Shown in pieces: positions 36,183-44,466 of a stretch of DNA of 64,000 nt (its first letter is position 1; the number at the start of each line of letters is the position of its first letter). Source of the DNA: a phage. The notes under the pieces were generated by a model that saw only the letters and a list, made by a program, of their open reading frames with translations, searched no databases and had not been told where the DNA came from. Location: sequence record NC_111505.1; one strand, written 5' to 3'. Position numbers and translations under genes: made by a program.

Positions 36183-36228
36183 TTATCACGTGATAGGTGG
36201 ATTTTATCACGGCAAATACTGATTGTCA
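36183..36228 (-). promoter_or_regulatory. sigma70-type promoter with palindromic operator-like site
   Basis: Minus strand: -35 TTGACA (36228..36223), 17-bp spacer, -10 TAAAAT (36205..36200); perfect 12-bp palindrome TATCACGTGATA (36183..36194) lies between the -10 and the RBS of the 35834..36172 gene. Confidence 0.45.
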
Positions 36229-36517
36229 AGTTCGCCGCAGGGTGGTATTCCCTGCGACTTGCCCAGCGTCCTAGACCAGCAAGACCCAACAAGTGGGTTA
36301 CCAGAGACCCATTACCGCGCTTTGGCTCGACCTTATTACAGGTTGGCTGGGGTCACATCGTCATGTGCTGGCTGCCCCTACCATTTTAAGTGTGGTGCAC
36401 TATCAAGCCCTCTAAGGGGAACTCAGCCTTCTCCGAACCCTGTTTCAAAGCATCCGGAGATAAAGCCATCAAACTCATCTTTAAATTGGATATTCATCAT
36501 GATACACGAAAACAACC

Positions 36518-36760
36518 TCATTGTAAAGCACAAATAAATAAAACATACTTAATTTGTTTGTTATCGGGCTCAGGGTAGAAGTAGAAGATCTTGCTATCAC
36601 CAATCTGAACACCACCATCCCAACAACATAAACCATAACCCGTATTCATACAAGCTAAGTCGTTGGCAAAATCTATTGCATCATCTAGTGCACGAAATTC
36701 ACCTTCATCTTCTAAATAATCCTCATTCATGGAACGGAAAACGAGCTTAACCTTAAACAT
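36518..36760 (-). CDS. hypothetical protein
   Basis: 80-aa ORF, acidic. Confidence 0.4.
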   Translation of the reverse strand: MFKVKLVFRSMNEDYLEDEGEFRALDDAIDFANDLACMNTGYGLCCWDGGVQIGDSKIFYFYPEPDNKQIKYVLFICALQ

Positions 36761-36836
36761 AGCATTACCTGTAGACCTCGTAAGTTAAAATTGTATCACA
36801 TCATATTGCAGATCTTATCAGGTAACATTATTTTTG

Positions 36837-37025
36837 TCAACAGATTCCGGCCTTATCCCTCCTGTCTGCGTATTCTTTAATCGCAACCTCACCTGCATTG
36901 GTAACCAGATCTTCAAAGTAATTCTCAAGCTCCTCGTCAATGTCCGGTGACCAGCTCTTTTTCCTGTCAGTGTGAATTGCAGACCTGTTGAACTTATTAC
37001 AGTTCTTTGCTACCGGATTGTTCAT
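36837..37025 (-). CDS. hypothetical protein
   Basis: 62-aa ORF on the same strand as its neighbours. Confidence 0.35.
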   Translation of the reverse strand: MNNPVAKNCNKFNRSAIHTDRKKSWSPDIDEELENYFEDLVTNAGEVAIKEYADRRDKAGIC

Positions 37026-37035
37026 TAAGCTCTCC

Positions 37036-37614
37036 TCAACGTTCGTAGTAAATCTTATTCAACATTACCTCATCGTTTGCAGAAAGGATATCAAGATATG
37101 CATCACCAAATCTGCCTGCAACAACCTCTGCATGATACATCACTTCGTCAACATCGTCAAGAGTGATAACCGGATGACCATATCTTTCTGAATATTGCCT
37201 CAGGGTGCGATGTAACGAGTCGTCATCATATGCAGACTTTTTAATATCACAAACACGACGAATGGCCTTGATGTCGAAAAAACCTGTGCGATACCACCCA
37301 AGAAAAAAGTTCCGTGTGGTGTCAACATCTACATCAATACCATCAAGAACCTTATCTACAAGATAGCTGTCATCCTTTGGACCAGCGTCCTTAGTGCGAA
37401 TGTAGTTGCCATCTTTTCCAGGCGATAGCTCCTTCTCATCACCAACCTGCATGCCATCATTTGGCGGTGTTAGCCACTTATCCGGATGCTTACGATCACG
37501 AGCGTTAGAATGATTACGCTGGAAACCTGGCTTCCACTTGAAAGTTTTCTCCATCTGTTCTTCATTCTGATAACGTTTTGCAATCTTTTCGCGGTCATCT
37601 TTGCGTGAACTCAT
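37036..37614 (-). CDS. hypothetical protein
   Basis: 192-aa ORF; first gene downstream of the 660-bp non-coding region. Confidence 0.5.
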   Translation of the reverse strand: MSSRKDDREKIAKRYQNEEQMEKTFKWKPGFQRNHSNARDRKHPDKWLTPPNDGMQVGDEKELSPGKDGNYIRTKDAGPKDDSYLVDKVLDGIDVDVDTTRNFFLGWYRTGFFDIKAIRRVCDIKKSAYDDDSLHRTLRQYSERYGHPVITLDDVDEVMYHAEVVAGRFGDAYLDILSANDEVMLNKIYYER

Positions 37615-37689
37615 AACTGCCTCCTCTTCAAGTTATAGAAAAACTCACTGTATCGCTTTGTAACGAGCTTTTCTATCAAACTGGTGCGA

Positions 37690-37985
37690 TTGCCTTACTT
37701 GGTATAGTTTACGCAGCTGTGTGGCGATTTAGGGGCCTTCCTGTCCGTTTCCACACATAAACTTTAACCAAACTCGCGCGGGAGGCTCTCAACCGACTCC
37801 TTACGGCGCTGGCAAGCTTTCGTCGGTGGCCCACATTAGTGCTCGGCATTTGGCCTGCGCTATCGCTTCGCTCCCACACATGTTAACAGTCCTGCATGTA
37901 TGCACTCCTGTTATTGTGTGCACTATGGAGGCCCGGCATCTCGCCCCTCGTAGGCGAGTGCCAATGAGGGGCCGACACTACCAAT
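37690..37985. other. GC-rich ORF-free island with multiple stems (candidate structured RNA or regulatory leader)
   Basis: About 300 nt visibly more GC-rich than flanking DNA, with no ORF of 60 aa or more in any frame and several complementary segments (GCCCCTC/GAGGGGC, CCGAC/GTCGG, GGGAG/CTCCC). Confidence 0.2.
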
Positions 37986-38117
37986 AGTAAGTAATAAATT
38001 TAAAACATGGTACTTAGGATCTAGTATATTCTACATAAGTTAAGTATATGTACTTTAGTACCATAAGTACTAGATCTTTTATTTTTTATTATTTAGTTAT
38101 TTTAGTTATATTCTTTA

Positions 38118-38201
38118 TGTGTCCGTATCACGGACAGTTAGTGTCCGTATTACGGGCAGATGTGTCCGCGTGACGGACAGTAGTGTCCGTATCACGGACA
38201 G
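38118..38201. repeat. four tandem iterons, each an inverted repeat (TGTCCGT-nnn-ACGGACA)
   Basis: Units at 38118..38137, 38141..38159, 38161..38180 and 38183..38201 (period 20-22 bp), each a palindrome with 7-bp arms; preceded by an AT-rich tract (37985..38117) with AGTAC-type repeats. Confidence 0.7.
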
Positions 38202-38275
38202 TTACTACCCTCTGCTCTGGGATGGACATAAAACATACGAATCCTTATAGTACAGATATTTAAGTTTTTACTGGT

Positions 38276-38626
38276 CTAACCAGTTGTTGACATTCGAATA
38301 ACCTCTTCTGGTGGCAAAACTTTGGAAAATGTGCACCTTTTACCTCTCCCTTGTGTGGATATTTCAACCACTCCTGCACATTCTAAAGTTTTAACGCACG
38401 CTGCTGCTTTTGTTTTCTTTATCCCAACATCTGCTGCAATTTTCCTTGTGCTGGGTGTGAAGCGTGAACTTCCTCCAAGCTTATACCAGTTGTGCAGGTA
38501 GCAGTATACGATCTTGTCATACAAGTCAAGAATAACAACCTCCCCAGTTGTGTCATTCAAAACTTTTGACATAGACAGTATTTCAAGGGGGACTTTAAGA
38601 TATAGCAGCTTATCCCCATCTTTCAT
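38276..38626 (-). CDS. helix-turn-helix DNA-binding protein
   Basis: 116-aa ORF with HTH-like segment (RKIAADVGIKKTKAAACVKTLECAGVVEI), directly adjacent to the iteron array. Confidence 0.5.
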   Translation of the reverse strand: MKDGDKLLYLKVPLEILSMSKVLNDTTGEVVILDLYDKIVYCYLHNWYKLGGSSRFTPSTRKIAADVGIKKTKAAACVKTLECAGVVEISTQGRGKRCTFSKVLPPEEVIRMSTTG

Positions 38627-38673
38627 ATCTCCTGATTCTCCTTGTGTGGCAATTTTCTTTAAAATAGCAGGGA

Positions 38674-39228
38674 TTACTCACCGCTGTCAATAGCAAAACT
38701 CATTGCAATACGGTATGCCTCTTCTAATGGTAAGAGTCTCCCCCACACATCCCAACCGACATCAAACTGCCTGCCAAACAACTGCTGTGTGGTTCCGTGA
38801 GCATGACCGAACAGTTGGACTGATCCGTGAGGCTTTCTGTTCCACTTTGCAAACTGGTAATGGCTCATACAGATCAAATTCTTGTTGTGGCGAAGCTCGT
38901 AATAATCTACAACCTCATGACCGAACTCTTTCATAATTCTGACAGTCGTTCTTGTGTCATGGTTACCACGAACAAGAATAATATGTCCGTTCAACATATT
39001 TAGAACATCTGGAAGCAATTTGTTGATATTCTTATCATTAGTGCACGCAATATCCCCCAAGTGAAACACAGTGTCTGCAGGTGACACAACAGAGTTCCAC
39101 TTGGTGATGATTCCCGCATTCATACTGTCAAGATTGTGATCATACTGAGATCTGTGTTTTTGACATGAGTCGAACTCCATTACCCGCTGGTGGAGAAAGT
39201 GTGTGTCGCTTGTTACAAAGTATTTCAT
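38674..39228 (-). CDS. calcineurin-like metallophosphatase (Ser/Thr phosphatase family)
   Basis: Metallophosphoesterase motifs SDTHF, GDIACTN, VRGNHD, GHAHG. Start at ATG 39228..39226, 7 nt after the stop of the upstream kinase gene. Confidence 0.6.
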   Translation of the reverse strand: MKYFVTSDTHFLHQRVMEFDSCQKHRSQYDHNLDSMNAGIITKWNSVVSPADTVFHLGDIACTNDKNINKLLPDVLNMLNGHIILVRGNHDTRTTVRIMKEFGHEVVDYYELRHNKNLICMSHYQFAKWNRKPHGSVQLFGHAHGTTQQLFGRQFDVGWDVWGRLLPLEEAYRIAMSFAIDSGE

Positions 39229-39235
39229 ACATTCC

Positions 39236-39646
39236 TCATTTAAGTTTAATGCAGTTTTTAAGCTGGCGTTCCATACGATCCACAACCCTGTCTGGAACAT
39301 CATGAATGCTTTTATTACCATGGCGGTTTTCAACCACGATCACGGTATAACTATATCCATGACTGATCGCCATGTCAATATATTCTTGCACATATTTTTC
39401 TTTTGTAAACGTATTACTTACCACGATACGGTCGTAGCCCATACGCATCATATCTTCTACGTTATCTTTGCACCATTTTGCTGCAAGTGTTACTTTACTT
39501 GCATCCCAATTGTAATTGCCGTCATCGTCGTACCAGAACATATCGTTCTCAAAATGTGGATACAGACCTTCTAAAGATAGCGCATTTGCCAGTGTTGATT
39601 TGCCAGACCCTGGTAGACCACGCACGATATATAGCATTTTAGACAT
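39236..39646 (-). CDS. P-loop kinase (polynucleotide-kinase-like)
   Basis: Start at ATG 39646..39644 (MSKMLYIVRGLPGSGKST, Walker A) with RBS GGAGAG; N-terminus resembles the T4 Pnk kinase domain as recalled. Confidence 0.55.
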   Translation of the reverse strand: MSKMLYIVRGLPGSGKSTLANALSLEGLYPHFENDMFWYDDDGNYNWDASKVTLAAKWCKDNVEDMMRMGYDRIVVSNTFTKEKYVQEYIDMAISHGYSYTVIVVENRHGNKSIHDVPDRVVDRMERQLKNCIKLK

Positions 39647-39674
39647 AGTAACTCTCCGTTTTAATTTTAATGAT

Positions 39675-39703
39675 AGTATACCTAACTGTTTTGTTAATTT
39701 CAA
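39675..39703 (-). promoter_or_regulatory. sigma70-type promoter for the kinase/phosphatase operon
   Basis: Minus strand: -35 TTGAAA (39703..39698), 17-bp spacer, -10 TATACT (39680..39675), about 30 nt upstream of the kinase start. Confidence 0.4.
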
Positions 39704-39706
39704 GTG

Positions 39707-39736
39707 TTGACACCAGGTTATTTGTGTGGCAGAATA
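39707..39736 (+). promoter_or_regulatory. candidate divergent plus-strand promoter
   Basis: -35 TTGACA (39707..39712) lies 4 bp from the minus-strand -35; the -10 is weak (CAGAAT/AGAATA around 39730..39736). Confidence 0.3.
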
Positions 39737-39746
39737 AAGGGACAAA

Positions 39747-40682
39747 ATGACAAATGAGGAATGTATGATGAAGTATTTTAATGCAGACGACCTGGTTGAC
39801 AAAGGTCTTGTAACCAGCAGATATTACCCAGATCTTGGATTAAAGATCTACAAATATGCCAGAAAAGTATTCTACAACAATTTATGGCATTTGTCTCCGC
39901 GTTTACTAGAGTGCCGAGGCATTGTTGTCGGTAATGAAGGAAATGTTGTGGCATGGCCCTTCACAAAAGTGTTTAATTTGGGAGAAAACTCCACCAACCT
40001 GCCTGACAATAAACTTGTGACGGCGGTAGAGAAAAAGAACGGATTCCTTGGTGTGGTATCATCTCATAAAGGTGAACTATTGTTTTCAACAACCGGGTCT
40101 CTTGATTCTCCATATTGTAACCTTGCAAAGGAAACCATCCAGGAGCAATGTGGTAATTTAGATCTCATCAAAAAGGTTATGGGCCATGAAAACATGACAT
40201 TCATGTTTGAAATTTGTCACCCTTCAGATCCGCATATTGTTCAGGAAGACCATGGCGCATATTTGATAGGTTGCAGATATAACGATTCTGGAATAATGCT
40301 ACCAGAAGCAGCTTTAGATGGGATTGCCAAATACCTTGGTGCAAAACGTCCTCACACTGTGCGTGAAATTCCGTTCAGCTATGCAAAAGAATTAGCTGCA
40401 GAAACAAGAGGTGAAGGGTATATGATTCGTAAGCCTTACTACCCTTATGATCTGCAGCTGAAGATCAAGTCTCCATACTATTTGGCACGGAAGGCCGTAA
40501 TGAGGGGTAAAGCTTGGAAGATTTGGGATGATGATATCTTTAAACGTATTGACGAAGAGTTTTACGGCATGGTAAACTTCATTCGTAACAATTACACAGA
40601 AGATGTGTGGAACTGCCTCCTAGAGCAGGAACGCCGTGAGATACTTGACTGCTATTTCCACAACGAGGACTATATGCAATGA
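39747..40682 (+). CDS. putative nucleotidyltransferase / RNA-ligase-like protein
   Basis: Lys-containing KKNGF segment (AVEKKNGFLGVVS) resembles ligase motif I (KxDG/KxHG). In-frame ATGs at 39747, 39765 and 39768; RBS GAGGAA (39756..39761) favours 39765/39768. Confidence 0.35.
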   Translation: MTNEECMMKYFNADDLVDKGLVTSRYYPDLGLKIYKYARKVFYNNLWHLSPRLLECRGIVVGNEGNVVAWPFTKVFNLGENSTNLPDNKLVTAVEKKNGFLGVVSSHKGELLFSTTGSLDSPYCNLAKETIQEQCGNLDLIKKVMGHENMTFMFEICHPSDPHIVQEDHGAYLIGCRYNDSGIMLPEAALDGIAKYLGAKRPHTVREIPFSYAKELAAETRGEGYMIRKPYYPYDLQLKIKSPYYLARKAVMRGKAWKIWDDDIFKRIDEEFYGMVNFIRNNYTEDVWNCLLEQERREILDCYFHNEDYMQ

Positions 40683-41029
40683 AGAAGTTGATTGTGTGGC
40701 TGGATGACTTGAGAGATCCGTCAAATTATGGGCTCCCAGATGCTCTTTGGCTAAAGAATTCCTCTGAGTTTATGGATTTTATTAACGATAAGGGAAAGCT
40801 CTACAGGCGCGTTTCTGAGTGGCACATGGACAACGACCTTGGAGAGGTATTTGAAGGGTACGATTGCCTATCTATGCTGGAGGAAAAATTTGTATTTGGT
40901 AAGCCTCCTGTAGTTGACAACGTGAAGATTTTCGTGCATACTTCTAACCCATCAGCTGCTCGTAAATTCATGCTTGCTGCTGACTCGTTTAAAAAGTTTG
41001 GAATAGAGATTAAACAAAACATCTACTGA
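40679..41029 (+). CDS. hypothetical protein
   Basis: 116-aa ORF overlapping the upstream stop by 4 nt. Confidence 0.45.
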   Translation: MKKLIVWLDDLRDPSNYGLPDALWLKNSSEFMDFINDKGKLYRRVSEWHMDNDLGEVFEGYDCLSMLEEKFVFGKPPVVDNVKIFVHTSNPSAARKFMLAADSFKKFGIEIKQNIY

Positions 41030-41037
41030 GGACACTT

Positions 41038-41799
41038 ATGCGACGACTGATCATTATCTCCGGTGCTGGTTTGAGCGCTGAATCTGGTATCCCAACTTTC
41101 CGATCTGGTGGCACTGCAATGTGGGAGAATTTCAGCATCGATGAGGTGTGTAACATCCACACCTTTGCCAAGAACTACTATAAGGTTCATGACTTTTACA
41201 ATGCACGGCGTGTAGCTCTTGGCAGTGTTGATCCTAACCTTGCACATCTCCGGATCGCTGAGTGGTATTCCCGCTGGTCTGGTCGTGTGATTAACCTGAC
41301 CACCAATGTAGATGATTTGCTGGAGCGTGCTGGTGTAAAACATGAAGATATTTTACATGTCCACGGATATTTGCCAGAAATAGTCTACGAGGATGATGAA
41401 GGGAGTAACGTCATTAAAGACATTGGATACTCTGAGGTAGATGCAAGCAAGTATACTTGGGTTAAGCCTAATGTAGTGTTCTTCGGAGAAGTAGCTCCAA
41501 AGTATACAGACATGTATGACCTGTTGACTTCTCTGACGAGCAATGATATGGTTATCCTTGTAGGGTGCTCCAACACAGTTATCAATTTTAACTGGGAGCT
41601 ATTCCCTGCCTGTAATAAGGGGACCAAACTGCTGATCGTTAACAAATACGACTCACAGCATTTAGGGGAGAATGGCATTTCACGTAGTGACATTTACCAG
41701 TATGAGGATCGCGGCATCCCAGTTTGGTTTAACGGGGCTGTTGACGCTTTCTCTGATAAAACATTCATTGACATCGTAGAAAACTTTATGGAACTGTAA
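41038..41799 (+). CDS. Sir2 (sirtuin)-family NAD-binding protein
   Basis: Sirtuin signatures GAGLSAESGIPTFR, TTNVDDLLERAG and catalytic-type HVHGYL; no CxxC...CxxC zinc-ribbon pairs visible. Confidence 0.7.
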   Translation: MRRLIIISGAGLSAESGIPTFRSGGTAMWENFSIDEVCNIHTFAKNYYKVHDFYNARRVALGSVDPNLAHLRIAEWYSRWSGRVINLTTNVDDLLERAGVKHEDILHVHGYLPEIVYEDDEGSNVIKDIGYSEVDASKYTWVKPNVVFFGEVAPKYTDMYDLLTSLTSNDMVILVGCSNTVINFNWELFPACNKGTKLLIVNKYDSQHLGENGISRSDIYQYEDRGIPVWFNGAVDAFSDKTFIDIVENFMEL

Positions 41800-41813
41800 G
41801 CGGAGGCCTTTTA

Positions 41814-42527
41814 ATGCTGAATACTAAACTGATTGACAACTTGGAAAAACTGTCTCAGCCTGAAAACTACCTTTGGTCTGCCAACTGGGTGGAAAATTGG
41901 AACCGTGTAGCAGCTAAAGTGAAAAAATCATACACACCATTCGAACTTCAGCTGAGTTTCATTGAGGAAGAGTTCAATGAAGTTTTGGAAGAGTTGGAGA
42001 AAGGTGATGGTGGGGATCATCTCCTAAAAGAGGCCTGCGATCTTCACGTTGTCACAAGTTATGCCGCTTATCTTGTTAACGATAACCATGAAAAGTGGTC
42101 AAACCTGTTTGATAATCCGCGAGGTCTTAAGTTTAAGATCGGTGAATTTTATGATACATTGATCGCTGCGAAAAATACCTCTAAGCAAAGAGCGTCTGCT
42201 TACCGCTTAGCAGAGTTGTCAACAGCTTTGCTGTTCCAGCTTCGCGGCGATGTGTGCGGGATGATGCGTAAGGTTCTCAAATCGAATGACAGCAAGTTTG
42301 CACGGGTCAACCATCTACGGTATTCACACGGTGCCAGTGCAGATATGCCTGCTGAACAACTCATCGAGTTGGAGATTAAAGATCTTGAGCGACGCTTTGA
42401 TGGTCGATATGAAGGTTTTGTTGCTAAGGAAGAATTCTACAACGGAAATAAAGTTATCATATTCCTCGACAGTAAAGGTAAGATTATGAAGCCTTCAAGC
42501 TTCAAGGATGTAACAGAATATATTTAA
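41814..42527 (+). CDS. putative MazG-like nucleotide pyrophosphohydrolase
   Basis: EExxE...E..D-type motif (EEEFNEVLEELEKGD...LKEACDLHVV); RBS GCGGAGG 7 nt upstream. Confidence 0.35.
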   Translation: MLNTKLIDNLEKLSQPENYLWSANWVENWNRVAAKVKKSYTPFELQLSFIEEEFNEVLEELEKGDGGDHLLKEACDLHVVTSYAAYLVNDNHEKWSNLFDNPRGLKFKIGEFYDTLIAAKNTSKQRASAYRLAELSTALLFQLRGDVCGMMRKVLKSNDSKFARVNHLRYSHGASADMPAEQLIELEIKDLERRFDGRYEGFVAKEEFYNGNKVIIFLDSKGKIMKPSSFKDVTEYI

Positions 42528-42533
42528 CAACAT

Positions 42534-42560
42534 AGCCGGGGCGATCCCGGCTTTACTTGT
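42534..42560 (+). terminator. rho-independent terminator
   Basis: Hairpin AGCCGGG-GCGAT-CCCGGCT (42534..42552) followed by a T-rich tract, 7 nt after the stop at 42527. Confidence 0.5.
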
Positions 42561-42591
42561 TTCGGAAAGTATGCAAGTGAGGTAGAAAGTT

Positions 42592-42900
42592 ATGTACAAG
42601 CACTCCAGAGACCTTGAAAACGATGCTGTGTTTGGAGATCAGATGAAAGAATTGGTTAAACTTATAGGTAGGATAGAGGATAAGTTTGACACTAAGATCT
42701 ACATCGACAGCAAAGTATTCAACCACAAAATATGGACAAATCTGTGTGTTGGACTACATGGAGATAAGGATGTGGTAAATTTAGTTGTAATTAAGTTCAT
42801 AGTGTGGCAGAATAGAACCATAAGTTATTACGATCCGCACCTACTTGTTTACCCGATAAAAGATCTATTAGAGAAGGAGGACTGCAATGCCGTTATTTAA
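42592..42900 (+). CDS. hypothetical protein
   Basis: 102-aa ORF with RBS GAGGTAG upstream. Confidence 0.4.
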   Translation: MYKHSRDLENDAVFGDQMKELVKLIGRIEDKFDTKIYIDSKVFNHKIWTNLCVGLHGDKDVVNLVVIKFIVWQNRTISYYDPHLLVYPIKDLLEKEDCNAVI

Positions 42901-43156
42901 TCTTGCTAAACCTGTAGAAGCACACCAGTTTGATGGAAGCTCTTCATCAGTATCTGATCTGCAACGGTGGATTGATACAGGTGTGTTTACATCGTCACCT
43001 GTTCGAACCAGAGATATTCTTCGCATGTGTGAGCTTGTCGAGCCGTTTGGTAACCTTGTCTTGTACCAAGGGGATTGGTTAGTTGACTTTATGGGAGACT
43101 GGTTGGTAATGAGCAAAGAAGAGATGTTTAAAATTTTTAAGGAAGAGGCTGAGTAA
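42887..43156 (+). CDS. hypothetical protein
   Basis: 89-aa ORF coupled to both neighbours. Confidence 0.4.
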   Translation: MPLFNLAKPVEAHQFDGSSSSVSDLQRWIDTGVFTSSPVRTRDILRMCELVEPFGNLVLYQGDWLVDFMGDWLVMSKEEMFKIFKEEAE

Positions 43157-44439
43157 TGCATCAGATCAAAACAACACTGTACGCACTGAACAAAGATGGC
43201 AGCTACCAACAGTGGAAAGTATTCACGGATGGTGATAAGGTTATCGTAGAGTTTGGCAAGCTTGATGGTAAACTGCAATACAAAGAGACGATCTGCACAC
43301 CTAAGAACGTTGGTCGTGCCAATGAAACTACAGCTGAGCAACAGGCTGAGCTGGAAGCGATCAGTAAGTGGGAAAAACAAGTCCGTCTTGGGTATGTTGA
43401 AAATATGGAAGATTGCGAGCAGGGTGTTGACCTTTTACCCATGCTGGTGCATGACTACCTGAAGCGTGGAAAGGCACTTAAATTACCTTGCTGGATCTTG
43501 CGTAAGTTAGATGGCCTTCGTCTACTTGTTGTTTTCCAAAATGGTGAGCCTAAATTTATTTCCCGTGGTAATAAGTCCTACCCTATTCAAGGAAAGCTTC
43601 TGGAGCAACTTCGTTCTTTCCACTTCACCACCGGTATTAAACAGCTCGACGGAGAGATCTATATTCATGGCCTGCCTCTGCAGAAAATAGTGTCTCTTGC
43701 TAAACGGTGGCGCACACAGGAAGAGATTCAGGCCGAGATCGATAAAGACTACGAGGCAGATAAAAAACGCCGTCATGCCGCAATTAAGGCAGGCTTATCA
43801 ACATACAAAAACTTCAACAAGGTAGATATTCCTGTTGATGTTGAGCCTGTTCGTGATGATTTGCGTTACGGTGGGTACTGTAGCTACGATCTAGAGTATC
43901 ACATTTTTGATATTCCTAGTGACAAGGTGTGGTGGGATCCAGAAACAGAATCTGGACGCTGCAAGGATCTTATGGATGTAGAAGATACCATTACCACTCT
44001 GATGCTTGACCATATCAAGGTTGTTGACGCAGAGCTTGCGTACACAGTTGATCATTGCGAAGAATCTGTCGGTGTATTCATGTCCGAAGGGTATGAAGGT
44101 ACTATCATGCGTAACTTCTGTGGTAAATACGAATACGGTCAGCGAACATCTGAAGCATTGAAATGGAAAAAGTTCAACGATGCTGAGGTGAAAGTTATTG
44201 ACGTTGAGAAAGATAAGAATGATGAAGGTGTTCTTATCTGTGTTGACAAGGAAGGTATTGTTGTTAAAATGAAGATGAAAGGTACGCACGAGGAGCGTAG
44301 CTATGACAGGATGCAGGAAATGATCGGCAAGTTTGTCACCTTCAAATATCAAGCAAGGACAGAAGACAACAACTACCAATTCCCTGTCGGTATCTGCGTC
44401 CGAAATGTTAACCCAGACACTTGGGAGGTGCTGGAATAA
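43156..44439 (+). CDS. ATP-dependent DNA ligase
   Basis: Ligase motif I KLDGLR (WILRKLDGLRLLVV), motif IV-like EGYEGTIMR and motif V-like KWKKF; 427 aa. Confidence 0.65.
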   Translation: MHQIKTTLYALNKDGSYQQWKVFTDGDKVIVEFGKLDGKLQYKETICTPKNVGRANETTAEQQAELEAISKWEKQVRLGYVENMEDCEQGVDLLPMLVHDYLKRGKALKLPCWILRKLDGLRLLVVFQNGEPKFISRGNKSYPIQGKLLEQLRSFHFTTGIKQLDGEIYIHGLPLQKIVSLAKRWRTQEEIQAEIDKDYEADKKRRHAAIKAGLSTYKNFNKVDIPVDVEPVRDDLRYGGYCSYDLEYHIFDIPSDKVWWDPETESGRCKDLMDVEDTITTLMLDHIKVVDAELAYTVDHCEESVGVFMSEGYEGTIMRNFCGKYEYGQRTSEALKWKKFNDAEVKVIDVEKDKNDEGVLICVDKEGIVVKMKMKGTHEERSYDRMQEMIGKFVTFKYQARTEDNNYQFPVGICVRNVNPDTWEVLE

Positions 44440-44466
44440 TTTAGGTATGTTTAGTAGCTAACGGTA

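Noticed and set aside
35777-36578. Plus-strand ORFs 35777..36037, 36108..36389, 36223..36537 and 36390..36578.
   Set aside because: They overlap the minus-strand gene 35834..36172 or the GC-rich untranslated region, lack RBS context and sit in a region transcribed from minus-strand promoters; likely open by chance in GC-rich sequence.
38118-38201. CRISPR array.
   Set aside because: The four repeats are separated by only 1-3 nt with no spacers of 25-40 bp, and each repeat is an internal palindrome typical of operator or iteron sites.
39236-39802. 188-aa version of the P-loop kinase starting at 39802.
   Set aside because: The N-terminal 51 residues are low-complexity and would read through the divergent promoter region; ATG 39646 has RBS GGAGAG and begins directly at the Walker A region.
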